Assembly (NCBI GenBank): GCA_038728585.1
Contig: JAVYTR010000007.1
Location: forward strand, 25,680-89,679
DNA length: 64,000 bases
Origin: Conexivisphaerales archaeon
GTDB taxonomy: Archaea > Thermoproteota > Nitrososphaeria > Conexivisphaerales > DTJL01
Direction: 5' to 3'
Part shown: positions 55,471-64,000 of the stretch, piece after piece
Layout: every line of letters begins with the position of its first letter
Position numbering within the stretch: position 1 is the first letter of the stretch
Notes under the pieces: generated by a model
Database searches by the model: none
Seen by the model: only the letters and a program-made list of their open reading frames with translations
What the model was told of the DNA's origin: nothing
Position numbers and translations under genes: made by a program

Positions 55471-56706
55471 ATGTCCCTTCTGGGCTATCTGGTTATATTC
55501 CTAGGTGGCCTTTTAGCTGTCTATTCGCTTTACTGGGGTTTCTTGCTTGTCGTGGGAGGGGACTACATAAGGAAATTCAGGCAGAGGGAGGTCAAGCTAG
55601 ATAAGCCATTTTACCTGCCTTTTGTGTCCGTGATAGTTGCCGCAAAGAACGAGGAGAAGGTGATAAGAAGGCTTGTAAGTTCACTTCAGACGCTTAATTA
55701 CGATCCATCAAGGCTTGAATTCATCTTTTCTGAAAGCGGCTCTACAGATAACACGAGGAGCATACTCTTCGCGCTTGCAGAGAGGGAGCCAAGAATGAAG
55801 GTTGTTACAAGCAGCATCGCAGGAAAAGGAAATGCGCTGAACGAAGCGATAAAGGTGGCAAGAGGCGAAGTCTTCTTCTTCCTTGATGCAGACTGCGTGC
55901 CAGAGAAGGATTTCCTTCTAAAGGCTGCAGAAGAATACAACAAGGGGAACAAGATTCTTGTGGGCTACTACAGAACGATAAATGCAACTCAAAGCATATG
56001 GTCAAGGCTTGCAGTGTTTGAGGATTTTCTCTGGCGTGTGATGGGAGCAGGGAAGGCGAAACTGAATCTGTCAATACCTGTTGCAGGTCCGTGCACTGTC
56101 ATAAGCAGGGATGCGATAGAAGCGGTTGGAGGCTTCAGGAATACGTTGACTGAGGATATAGAGTTATGGATGAGGCTTCTGAAGGCGGGGTATGTTGGAA
56201 AGTATGTTGATGCTTATGTCTGGCTTGAAGCACCTGTAACTCTTCAGGTGCTGCTCAGGCAGAGGATAAGGTGGTACAGGGGTTACCTTGAAACTGCTTT
56301 GATGCATCTCGATATAGTCAAGCATGCCCCTCTGTCACAGGCTGCAGATGCTTTGCTTATGCTTTCCACGCCCTTCTTTGCGATGTTATCTCTTCTTTCC
56401 TATGCGGTATCGATGCTAAGTCTACCTGCTCTCCCCACAAACATCTCAATACTCCTTTTCGTCGGATGGTTCATAGGGTCGAACCTGCTCGGCCTCTTCT
56501 TGCTAAACATAGGTGTAATGTTCATTCTTGGAAACGACGGCAGCGAGCTGGCAAGAATGTCACCTCTTGTCTATCTGTACACTGCAGTCCTCTCTCTTTC
56601 AAGCTCGATTGCGATTCTAAATATGGCTTTCAGCAGGCCAAGAAAGTGGATAAAGACTGAAAGGACTGGCTACGTCGACCCGATCTTTGCAAAGCTCAGG
56701 AGATGA
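55471..56706 (+). CDS. membrane-bound processive family 2 glycosyltransferase
   Basis: N-terminal TM helix, SVIVAAKNEE, the DxD motif in FLDADCV, the Q-x-x-R-W motif QRIRWYRG, and four C-terminal TM helices. Confidence 0.8.
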   Translation: MSLLGYLVIFLGGLLAVYSLYWGFLLVVGGDYIRKFRQREVKLDKPFYLPFVSVIVAAKNEEKVIRRLVSSLQTLNYDPSRLEFIFSESGSTDNTRSILFALAEREPRMKVVTSSIAGKGNALNEAIKVARGEVFFFLDADCVPEKDFLLKAAEEYNKGNKILVGYYRTINATQSIWSRLAVFEDFLWRVMGAGKAKLNLSIPVAGPCTVISRDAIEAVGGFRNTLTEDIELWMRLLKAGYVGKYVDAYVWLEAPVTLQVLLRQRIRWYRGYLETALMHLDIVKHAPLSQAADALLMLSTPFFAMLSLLSYAVSMLSLPALPTNISILLFVGWFIGSNLLGLFLLNIGVMFILGNDGSELARMSPLVYLYTAVLSLSSSIAILNMAFSRPRKWIKTERTGYVDPIFAKLRR

Positions 56707-56775
56707 GCGCCTCTGCTCTCTGAGGATTCGGAGAAAGAAGATGCTGATGGTAAAACATCCAGTCTTTCATCCAAG

Positions 56776-58173
56776 ATAAGGCTGTATGACACACTTACAA
56801 GAAAGGAGGTCGAACTTGACAGTAAGGAGAAGAAGACGGTTAAAGCATATGTTTGTGGCCTGACAGTCTATGACAGAGCTCACATTGGCCATGCCAAATC
56901 CATAGTATTTTTCGACGTGCTCAGAAGAGTCCTCAGAGCAAAGGGATTCCAGCTGAAGTTTGTGCAGAATTTCACAGACGTTGATGATAAGATAATCGAC
57001 AAGGCCGAAAAGCTTAGAATAGACGCTGGAACTCTCTCACAGAGATACATCGAAGAATACTTCCGGGATTTTGATGAGCTGAATGTCGAGAGAGCTGATG
57101 TCATGCCAAGGGCGACTGAGAATATAGACGAGATGATATCGATGATAAAAGGGCTGATTGAAAAGAAATATGCCTACGTTGTGGAGTCGGGGGTATATCT
57201 TGATGTCACAAAGGTGAAGGAATACGGAAAGCTTTCAAGAATAAGGGTTGATGAACTGAAGAAGGGGGCCAGAGTTGAGCCTGATCCCTACAAGAAGAAC
57301 CCGCTTGACTTTGCGCTTTGGAAATTCTACGACAGCAGCCCTTCCTGGGAATCGCCGTGGGGCAGAGGAAGGCCTGGATGGCATATCGAATGCTCGGCGA
57401 TGATACACAGGTTCCTGAATGAGCCGATAGACATCCATGGAGGAGGAGAAGACCTGCTCTTCCCTCACCACGAAAACGAGATTGCACAGAGTGAATCACT
57501 ATTTGGAAGACCTCTCTCAAGGATTTGGCTTCACGTCGGGATGGTGAAGCTTGAAGGAGTGAAGATGTCCAAATCACTCGGCAATATAGTGTCTGTCAGG
57601 GATTTTCTGGATGCGTTTGGGCCTAACTTGCTCAGATACTATGTCATATCATCACACTACAGAAAGCAACTGGACTATACAGAGCAGCTGGTGGAGAAGG
57701 CTAAGGAAAACTGGAGGCTGATAGAATTGGCAGATGCAGTTGTCAGCAGGTACAAAGCCATAGGAAGGGATGATGAGGATGCTCAGCAGGCGGAGAAGAG
57801 TCTGAAAGCATTCGACCAGCATCTTACTCAGGATATGAACACATCATCTGCTCTTGCAGAACTGGTAAGACTATCCAGGCTTGTCAGTTCAGCCTTCACT
57901 AGAGGGGATTACGATGAAGGAAAAGAATCGCATCTTGCTTCTTCTTTCAGGCTGGAGTTCAGCACACTTGGCTTCAGACGGAAGGATGTCGATTCCGAGC
58001 AGAAGGAAAGGGTAAAAATGATGATAGAACAGAGGGAAAGGCTCAGAAAAGATGCTAAGTACGAAGAGGCCGACAGGATAAGAAAAGTGCTTACTGATAT
58101 GAGAATTGCGATTGTAGACCACAGCAAGGGTACATTATGGTACTTCAGCGAACTCCTTCCCCCTAAGAAGTGA
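56776..58173 (+). CDS. cysS: cysteinyl-tRNA synthetase (start codon unresolved, see findings)
   Basis: Conserved N-terminus [12 protein letters not shown] begins near 56776. HIGH motif at 56881-56892, KMSKS as VKMSKSLGN. The first canonical in-frame start (GTG 56917) lies downstream of HIGH. Confidence 0.85.
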   Translation: MRLYDTLTRKEVELDSKEKKTVKAYVCGLTVYDRAHIGHAKSIVFFDVLRRVLRAKGFQLKFVQNFTDVDDKIIDKAEKLRIDAGTLSQRYIEEYFRDFDELNVERADVMPRATENIDEMISMIKGLIEKKYAYVVESGVYLDVTKVKEYGKLSRIRVDELKKGARVEPDPYKKNPLDFALWKFYDSSPSWESPWGRGRPGWHIECSAMIHRFLNEPIDIHGGGEDLLFPHHENEIAQSESLFGRPLSRIWLHVGMVKLEGVKMSKSLGNIVSVRDFLDAFGPNLLRYYVISSHYRKQLDYTEQLVEKAKENWRLIELADAVVSRYKAIGRDDEDAQQAEKSLKAFDQHLTQDMNTSSALAELVRLSRLVSSAFTRGDYDEGKESHLASSFRLEFSTLGFRRKDVDSEQKERVKMMIEQRERLRKDAKYEEADRIRKVLTDMRIAIVDHSKGTLWYFSELLPPKK

Positions 58174-58244
58174 TCCGCCTAGACTTCATTTACGCGGAAG
58201 ATTTTTTAAGTATGGTGTAAATCATACTTGCTGCAGGGAATCGC

Positions 58245-59357
58245 ATGGTTGTTTACTTTCAGACTGCCACAGACATACTGACCTACATAACAAACATCGT
58301 GTGGGTTGTAGTAATTATGGCCTTCCTGTTCTATGGTAATAGGATACAGGTCTACCTGTCTCTGAGAAAGGTAGGAGGTAGTTTGAAAGCGCTCGAAAGG
58401 ATGAGAGATGAGACGAAGAAGAGAATGGTGCAGGAGTTCTCAAAGTATGGTGGAGATGCGATAGAGATCAAGGCTGAAACAGACAGGCTTCTCTCCAGCA
58501 TCCTGATCGACCCTGTTTCGATGGACCCTAGTGGAATCGTATACAAGCTTGAACATCTGATAAAGACTTATGAGGATTACTTCAAGAAGAAGGTAGAAAG
58601 GCTGACACCAAGCGCAGACAAGACGGTCAGGCAGAATCTATCAAACATAGTTGAGATAGGCATGTCTCTTGACTATCTTTACAGATACGTGAGGCATTTG
58701 TATGCATCTGCAAAGAGGTACAACGACCTCTTCGCAGTGGTTCAGCTACAGATGACCCTGCCCTTGCTGATGGACTCAGCGGAAGCATACTATGCAGCCA
58801 CTGATGCGTTTGTAAAGGGTGAACCGATAGGAGACAGCTTTGGTCCTATGGTCGCTTCAGCCATCATCAGCAGCAGTTCAGGTTCAAAACCACAGCAGAT
58901 TTCGGAAGAGACTGTTTACTCTGAAGTGAATTATGAAGGGAGAAGACTAATTGTCGTCAAGGCTGAAGGGCCAGGAGGAACAGTCGGAAGGCCAGGAGAG
59001 GCTGTAGAAAAGCTTCTTGAAAGCAATCCTGATACATCACTTGTAATAACCATCGACGCAGCTCTGAAGCTGGAGGGAGAAAACTCTGGAGAGGTTGCTG
59101 AAGGTGTTGGTGCTGCAATAGGTGGGCCTGGCGTAGACAGGTACAGGATAGAGGGGATAGCTACAAAGCATAATGTTCCGATGTATGCTGTGGTTGTGAA
59201 GATGTCAGAGAAGGAAGCGATAACAAAGATGAAGAATGAAATAAAGAACCAGGTTGACGAAGTACTCAGAAGGGTGAGAAGGCTGCTGTACGAGAAGACT
59301 GAGCCAAATTCAAAGGTTCTTCTGGCAGGGATTGGCAATACAATAGGCGTACCCTAG
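58245..59357 (+). CDS. conserved archaeal membrane-anchored protein (DUF1512-like)
   Basis: 370 aa. N-terminal TM helix (IVWVVVIMAFLFYG), then a soluble helical and alpha/beta region. The family call is from memory only. Confidence 0.3.
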   Translation: MVVYFQTATDILTYITNIVWVVVIMAFLFYGNRIQVYLSLRKVGGSLKALERMRDETKKRMVQEFSKYGGDAIEIKAETDRLLSSILIDPVSMDPSGIVYKLEHLIKTYEDYFKKKVERLTPSADKTVRQNLSNIVEIGMSLDYLYRYVRHLYASAKRYNDLFAVVQLQMTLPLLMDSAEAYYAATDAFVKGEPIGDSFGPMVASAIISSSSGSKPQQISEETVYSEVNYEGRRLIVVKAEGPGGTVGRPGEAVEKLLESNPDTSLVITIDAALKLEGENSGEVAEGVGAAIGGPGVDRYRIEGIATKHNVPMYAVVVKMSEKEAITKMKNEIKNQVDEVLRRVRRLLYEKTEPNSKVLLAGIGNTIGVP

Positions 59358-59367
59358 TTTTACCAAT

Positions 59368-60312
59368 CTACGATATTTCAGAAAGCAAAGCAAGCCAAGC
59401 CTTCTTGATGTTTTCTGGGTCATAACCTCCTCCTCCCATAGCTAAAAGCCTGCCTTCGCACATTTCATGCGCAAGCTGATGGACTTTTCTACCTGCATAC
59501 CTGTGCACCTCTTCGCTGTACTGAAGGTGTGTTAAGGGATCTCCCTTTAGTCCATCCGCTCCTGCCTGAAGAAAGATTATATCTGCCCGACTCTTTCTGC
59601 AGAATTCCAGCGCTTCGTCAAAGGCATGCATGAATTCTCTGTCACCAGAGCCAGGGGGCAGAGGTATGTTCAGCTTTGTACCAATCGCATCTCCTTTGCC
59701 TTTCTCATCCCTGAAGCCGGTTCCGGGAAAAAGATACCTGCCGTCTTCATGAATATCAGCTATGTATAGCCATTCCTCTCCCTCAAACGGGTAATAGACA
59801 CCATCTCCGTGATGTGCGTCTATATCGATATAAAGAACATTCTTGCATCCCATCTTCTCATGTGCAGTTTTTATTGCTATTGCAGCATCGTTGAAGACGC
59901 AGAAGCCAGAGGCTGAGCCGGGCATCGCATGGTGCAACCCTCCCAGCGGATTGAAGCCATGTTCTATTTCCCCCTTGTTCAGAGCGTTCAGAAGGGTGAG
60001 AGTTGATCCAACTGGGATAGCTGAAGCTTCATAGATTCCTATGAATGCTGGGGTGTCTCCATAGTCAAGGTAGCCAATTCCTGTTTCTGAGGCTAACTTT
60101 ACCCTCTCGACGTAGCTCTTTTCATGAAAGAACAGTATATCTTTCTCGCTGGCTTGTTTTGGCCTGTATATCTTCAGACCTCTCTGCCTGGCGAAGTCTT
60201 CCGCAGCCTTCAGAAATGGTTCAACTCTGCTGGACCTCATCGGATGCGTCCCTGGAAAGCTGTAGCTCAGAAGCTCAGAACCTAGTATAATCCCAGTTCT
60301 GCACCTGTTCAA
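59368..60312 (-). CDS. histone deacetylase-family amidohydrolase (AcuC / acetylpolyamine amidohydrolase-like)
   Basis: Blocks GGLHHAMPGSASGFCVFND and DIDAHHGDG. Confidence 0.85.
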   Translation of the reverse strand: MNRCRTGIILGSELLSYSFPGTHPMRSSRVEPFLKAAEDFARQRGLKIYRPKQASEKDILFFHEKSYVERVKLASETGIGYLDYGDTPAFIGIYEASAIPVGSTLTLLNALNKGEIEHGFNPLGGLHHAMPGSASGFCVFNDAAIAIKTAHEKMGCKNVLYIDIDAHHGDGVYYPFEGEEWLYIADIHEDGRYLFPGTGFRDEKGKGDAIGTKLNIPLPPGSGDREFMHAFDEALEFCRKSRADIIFLQAGADGLKGDPLTHLQYSEEVHRYAGRKVHQLAHEMCEGRLLAMGGGGYDPENIKKAWLALLSEIS

Positions 60313-60318
60313 ATCGAT

Positions 60319-60804
60319 CTATCTCTTGTACCCTATCTTCCTGAGAAAGCTCTTTCTTTCTTCAGCCTTTGCAGGATCCTCAACACCCAATGGGCTATTA
60401 CCATCTATAACCCCCATCACGCCTCTTCCCTGCTCAGTCTCTGCAACTATCACTTGGAGAGGGTTAGCAGTGGCGCAGTAGATACCAGCTACCTCCTGTA
60501 CTTCCTTAAGCCTGTTCATGATGTTTATCGGATATGCGTCTTTCAGCACTATGACAAGCAAATGCCCGGCTGAAACAGCCTCTGCTATTTCTATCGCCTT
60601 TGACTTACAGCTTTCCTCAGTTCCGTCGTGCCTTATCAGTCTGTCACCGCTGGACTCGTTGAAAGCTATTCCGAACTTTATACCCGGAAAGGCTGTTGTC
60701 AATGCTTCATACACATCTTCGACAGTCTTTATGAAATGAGACTGTGCAAGGATGACATTGTACCCTTCTGTCTTTACGTCAACAACCTTCAGCTGCAGGC
60801 TCAT
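60319..60804 (-). CDS. adenosine-specific kinase family protein (PF04008-like, COG1839)
   Basis: 161 aa. Blocks AQSHFIKTVEDVYEAL, FGIAFNESSG, GHLLVIVLKDAYPINIMNRLKEVQEV and CATANP. Confidence 0.65.
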   Translation of the reverse strand: MSLQLKVVDVKTEGYNVILAQSHFIKTVEDVYEALTTAFPGIKFGIAFNESSGDRLIRHDGTEESCKSKAIEIAEAVSAGHLLVIVLKDAYPINIMNRLKEVQEVAGIYCATANPLQVIVAETEQGRGVMGVIDGNSPLGVEDPAKAEERKSFLRKIGYKR

Positions 60805-60830
60805 GGTAATACAAGCTGCAACATCTGGAT

Positions 60831-61661
60831 TTAAACAGAGTGCTTTATCAGGTCCTTTAACGAACTTGATAGCGATTGAAGATGCCGTTTCAGATGCAGC
60901 TCATCAGCAGAAAGGTTCAGAGAATTGGCGAGCACAGACTCAATCTGCGAATCTCTCTTCGTACTAAGAAGTCTCGAGATAGCCCAGTAAGAATAATAAA
61001 GCGAATCGAATATCTTACCTTCTTCTGTGAGGCCCATCATCTTCCTTGCAGTAGCTCTTCCTCTGGCTCGGTCAAGGTAAAGGCTAATCTTTTCGGCCCT
61101 TCTCTTAGCATTTGTATCGCTTGCCAGGTCGAAGCTAGCTGCTTCTGCAAATTGTGAAAGTAGGGAATTTTCTCTCAACTGTGATGCGAGATGAGATGGG
61201 TGAGGTTCTATCCCTCTCTGTAGCAGGAGAAGCTCTGATACATCTGCTATTGATGAAACAAAGTACAGAGTAGCTTCTCTTATTTTACCTTTTTCAAGAA
61301 AGGCAAAGGAGTTCATAAGGTTCGAGGTGGAATTGACTTCAGCCTCTTTCAATCGCAGCCTCCTTGCTTCTTTTACTCTTTCCTTTGATTCCGGGTTCAT
61401 TATCTTTGGCAGGTTCCACTGCGGGTCAGAAATCACCTCATAAGGGTATGAGATGAAGGTCTTTACATCATGAATCGGCTCAACAACGTAAAAATCATCT
61501 TCGTATTTCATCAACCTGGCTCTTCCAATTGCAGGATAGACTGCAAGGTTAAATTCACAGTACTCTCTTCTTTTCTGGTCAGCTGAGCAGCCAGTAAGAA
61601 AGATACTGGAATCAGGGAATTCGGAGCTGACTCTCTCCAGTATTGCCAGGGGTATTTCCAC
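60831..61661 (-). CDS. hypothetical protein, possible degenerate nucleotidyltransferase + HEPN-like helical domain
   Basis: 276 aa. N-terminal FLTGCSA...EFNLAV resembles a minimal-NTase G-S / D-x-D region with the acidic dyad altered. The C-terminal half is helical and contains an R-x4-H motif (RGIEPH). Confidence 0.25.
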   Translation of the reverse strand: MEIPLAILERVSSEFPDSSIFLTGCSADQKRREYCEFNLAVYPAIGRARLMKYEDDFYVVEPIHDVKTFISYPYEVISDPQWNLPKIMNPESKERVKEARRLRLKEAEVNSTSNLMNSFAFLEKGKIREATLYFVSSIADVSELLLLQRGIEPHPSHLASQLRENSLLSQFAEAASFDLASDTNAKRRAEKISLYLDRARGRATARKMMGLTEEGKIFDSLYYSYWAISRLLSTKRDSQIESVLANSLNLSADELHLKRHLQSLSSSLKDLIKHSV

Positions 61662-61744
61662 GTCAATCGTTAAAGCATTATAGGTATATATTGGCAGCTG
61701 GGTGCAAAAACAGGTAGGTAAATACGCAATGTTTAAATAGGATG

Positions 61745-61752
61745 TTTATAAC
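61745..61752 (+). promoter_or_regulatory. TATA-box candidate for tfb
   Basis: tttataac lies about 25-32 nt upstream of the GTG start, consistent with a leaderless or short-leader archaeal promoter. A second TATA-like element, tttaaata, is at 61732. Confidence 0.3.
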
Positions 61753-61776
61753 TTATACTTACAGATAAGTTTTCGG

Positions 61777-62757
61777 GTGTTAGATGTGAGTTATAGAAGA
61801 GATCCTTATGCGTCGGAACCGAGCGGCGAAAAGTGTCCAAGATGCGGAAGGGGTCCGATGGTGATGGACCCATCGAGCGGAGAGATGGTCTGCGGCTACT
61901 GCGGGTTCGTAGTCAAAGAGAGGATAGAGGAGACTGGACCAGAGTGGAGAGCATTCTCAAAGGAGGAAAAGGACGACAGAAGCAGAACAGGCATACCGAT
62001 GTCACTTGCAATGCACGACATGGGCCTTGCAACAGTCATAGGTCCTGAAGACAGGGATGCCTCAGGCAAGAGTCTCTCAAGCAGCGTTAGAAGCGCGATG
62101 GACAGGCTCAGAACCTGGGATGGCAGAAGCCAAGTCCATGAACCTGTTGACAGGAACCTGAGGCAGGCATTTAGTGAGCTTGACAGGCTTGCTGATAAGC
62201 TGAGCATCTCTGACGTAGTAGTTGAAAGGGCTGCATACATCTACAGGAAGGCTCTTGAAAGGGGTCTGGTCAGAGGGAGAAGCATAAGTGCGCTGATAGC
62301 TGCATCCGTATACGCTGCCTGCAGGGCAACAGAGACACCCAGAACTCTCAAGGATGTGACTGCTGCAAGCAGTGTCAAGAAGAAGGATATAGCAAGATGC
62401 TACAGGCTTCTGCTAAGAGAGCTTGACATAAAGATGCCGATAATGGACCCCATAAAGAATGTAAGCAGAATTGCTAGCAAGGCAGGTCTGACAGAGAAGA
62501 CTAAGAGAAAGGCTGTTGAGATTCTGAAGAAGGCTATAGAATCAAGAAGTTCAGCTGGCAAAGATCCTATGGGACTTGCCGCTGCAGCTCTCTACGTTGC
62601 CTGTGTGCTCGAGGGTGAAAGTAAAACACAGAAGGATATAGCTGAGGCCGCAGGGGTTACAGAAGTAACGATAAGGAACAGGTACAAGGGGCTGAAGACA
62701 GCTCTGAAGATACAGGAACCAGCGCTGAGCGAAGCAGAACAGGGTCAGTCAATGTAG
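61777..62757 (+). CDS. tfb: transcription initiation factor B (TFIIB), canonical
   Basis: Zn ribbon CPRCG..CGYCG, B-reader/linker GPEWRAF..DRSRTG, two cyclin repeats, and the C-terminal HTH GVTEVTIRNRYKGL. Confidence 0.9.
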   Translation: MLDVSYRRDPYASEPSGEKCPRCGRGPMVMDPSSGEMVCGYCGFVVKERIEETGPEWRAFSKEEKDDRSRTGIPMSLAMHDMGLATVIGPEDRDASGKSLSSSVRSAMDRLRTWDGRSQVHEPVDRNLRQAFSELDRLADKLSISDVVVERAAYIYRKALERGLVRGRSISALIAASVYAACRATETPRTLKDVTAASSVKKKDIARCYRLLLRELDIKMPIMDPIKNVSRIASKAGLTEKTKRKAVEILKKAIESRSSAGKDPMGLAAAALYVACVLEGESKTQKDIAEAAGVTEVTIRNRYKGLKTALKIQEPALSEAEQGQSM

Positions 62758-62789
62758 ACTGCGAATTATTTAGAAAGAAATAGCTTCCT

Positions 62790-63332
62790 TTAAGCCCAGA
62801 GCTCTTCTGCATCGTGCACCCTGTTCTTTGCTAAATAATCAAGGTCTACTGCTGAGTATGCATCTCTGCATTCTCTTTCTATTATCTTCATGTACATCTT
62901 GACTTCATCATCGCTCATGCACTGGAACATGTACCTGCCATGGTAGGGGGCAGCTCTGCCATCTCTCTTGATCAGCTCAAAGTGCATGAAAGGATCTCTT
63001 CTCTTAACTGTTACTGGCTTCCTGTCGTTGTTCAGGTTCACGACCTCTAAGGCCAATCTGCCAACGAACCCGCTGTGTACCTTTGCAGCATTAAGAAAAG
63101 ACAGTCCCATCCTTCCGAATTTGCTCTTCGCTGTCAGATGAGCCACATAATCGGGAGGGACGAAGACTATCTCTGCAGAGATCAGGTTTATATGCTGCAG
63201 GTAGCTTATCGTCACATCATCCCTTACAGTGAGCACATAGCCGTCTCCGTCCATCAGCTCCTCGCTGAAAGGGTGTATCACAGAATACCTCTTCTGCAGA
63301 CTCTCAAAAACATCCTTGCCAGCTACCGACAT
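62790..63332 (-). CDS. dCTP deaminase / dUTPase-superfamily protein
   Basis: 180 aa. The block SKFGRMGLSFLNAAKVHSGFVGRLALEVVNL matches the Dcd pattern (S-x-x-R-x-G-L ... D-P-G-F-x-G-x-x-T-L-E). Confidence 0.6.
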   Translation of the reverse strand: MSVAGKDVFESLQKRYSVIHPFSEELMDGDGYVLTVRDDVTISYLQHINLISAEIVFVPPDYVAHLTAKSKFGRMGLSFLNAAKVHSGFVGRLALEVVNLNNDRKPVTVKRRDPFMHFELIKRDGRAAPYHGRYMFQCMSDDEVKMYMKIIERECRDAYSAVDLDYLAKNRVHDAEELWA

Positions 63333-63354
63333 CGAGCTTCACCCTATTGTGCCC

Positions 63355-64000
63355 CTATTTAAAAGCGATTTGAGTCGTTCTTTTGGAGAGAAAGGTCTTT
63401 ACGACCATGAAGAGGAGGAAGATGTAAAGAGCTGCAGCTGCAACTATAAGCAGTAGGTTGACGTAAAATACAGATGAAAGGAGCAATTCACCCTGCACAG
63501 CATTTCCTGATGCATCGACTACTCCCCTCAGCTGGTCGAAATAGGTGAATGCTGACTGATAATAGTCAAACCCCCAGTGCAGTATCACCGCAGCTGGGAA
63601 ACCATGAGTGTAATATATCGCTGCAAGTATCAATCCTACTGCAGAAGCGCTCACAAACTTGCCTATCTCCCAGCCACCTCCATATAAAACGTGTGCCGCA
63701 CCAAACGCAAACGAGCTGAGTATGATGGCAGCTATGAGTCCAGGCTGCTTCCAGAGCTGTACGCCTGCTTCACCCAGTGCCTTGGAGGGATGCCACAGAG
63801 CCTTCAGTGCTAGGCCTCTCCCCTTGGCAACGTAAGCAAGCACAAAGCTGGTCAATCCTACAAAGCAGACCCTGAAGCCTATCTCCTCTCTCAGAGGAGC
63901 AAAGGTTGATAGAAGGAAGAAGTACCTCTGGTCTGTATTTGTGAGGCTTCCGACAGGTAAGCCTACAGTGTTAAGCAACTGTTCAAGAAGGACAGCAAAG
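63355..64000 (-). CDS. CPBP-family (CAAX-type) intramembrane glutamic protease, N-terminus beyond the window edge
   Basis: Motif 1 REEIGFR, motif 2 FAFGAAHV, motif 3 HWGFDY. The reading frame stays open to position 64000, so the gene is probably truncated by the window. Confidence 0.75.
   Translation of the reverse strand, partial: FAVLLEQLLNTVGLPVGSLTNTDQRYFFLLSTFAPLREEIGFRVCFVGLTSFVLAYVAKGRGLALKALWHPSKALGEAGVQLWKQPGLIAAIILSSFAFGAAHVLYGGGWEIGKFVSASAVGLILAAIYYTHGFPAAVILHWGFDYYQSAFTYFDQLRGVVDASGNAVQGELLLSSVFYVNLLLIVAAAALYIFLLFMVVKTFLSKRTTQIAFK

Noticed and set aside
55471-58173. The glycosyltransferase and CysRS lie in the same reading frame, separated by a single TGA (56704) and no other stop. 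This suggests TGA read-through, recoding, or a fusion protein.
   Set aside because: Many other genes in the window terminate cleanly at TGA, so global recoding is unlikely. A membrane GT2 fused to CysRS makes no biological sense. A good SD-ATG in the +1 frame plus an A4 run gives a simpler indel or frameshift explanation.
1-64000. Search for rRNA, tRNA, CRISPR arrays, IS elements or integrases, and prophage genes.
   Set aside because: I found no conserved rRNA blocks, no cloverleaf candidates in intergenic spacers, no spaced direct repeats, and no transposase or integrase-like ORFs. A covariance-model scan is still needed to exclude small RNAs.

Overview
Densely coded archaeal chromosomal segment with about 70 protein genes. 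I recognised no rRNA, tRNA, CRISPR array or IS element by eye. The archaeal assignment rests on two TFIIB-type factors, r-proteins S25e, L40e and an L38e-like protein, archaeosine tRNA-guanine transglycosylase, deoxyhypusine synthase, archaemetzincin, archaeal-type phosphoglycerate mutase, and an ESCRT-III/Vps4 (Cdv-type) locus. The lineage cannot be fixed from sequence alone; a DPANN/Micrarchaeota-like or TACK-like organism is plausible. Most of the window is housekeeping and aerobic central metabolism: fumC, sucCD, sdhA-C-D-B, gdhA, guaA, hpt, aspS, cysS, apgM, nfo, surE, mscL. Genes are tightly packed, with many 1-11 nt start/stop overlaps and several convergent 3' overlaps. The most unusual region is 0.6-8.2 kb. 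It holds a Tad/Epd-like type IV pilus operon (secretion ATPase, two short T2SSF-like membrane proteins, a class III signal peptide pilin) whose last co-oriented gene is a HerA/FtsK-type ATPase. A divergent operon of four or five pilin-like proteins faces it, followed by a divergent TFB paralog. This gene set recalls the Sulfolobus Ups pilus / Ced DNA-import / TFB3 network, packed here into one locus. Other points worth follow-up: an ESCRT locus with a winged-helix CdvB but no CdvA in the window; an L38e-like protein with a long K/E-rich tail; a CysRS whose HIGH motif lies upstream of any canonical in-frame start; a second orphan HerA; and a degenerate GH57-like protein with a poly-Q tail. All family calls come from motif recognition by eye and from memory. 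No database search was run.
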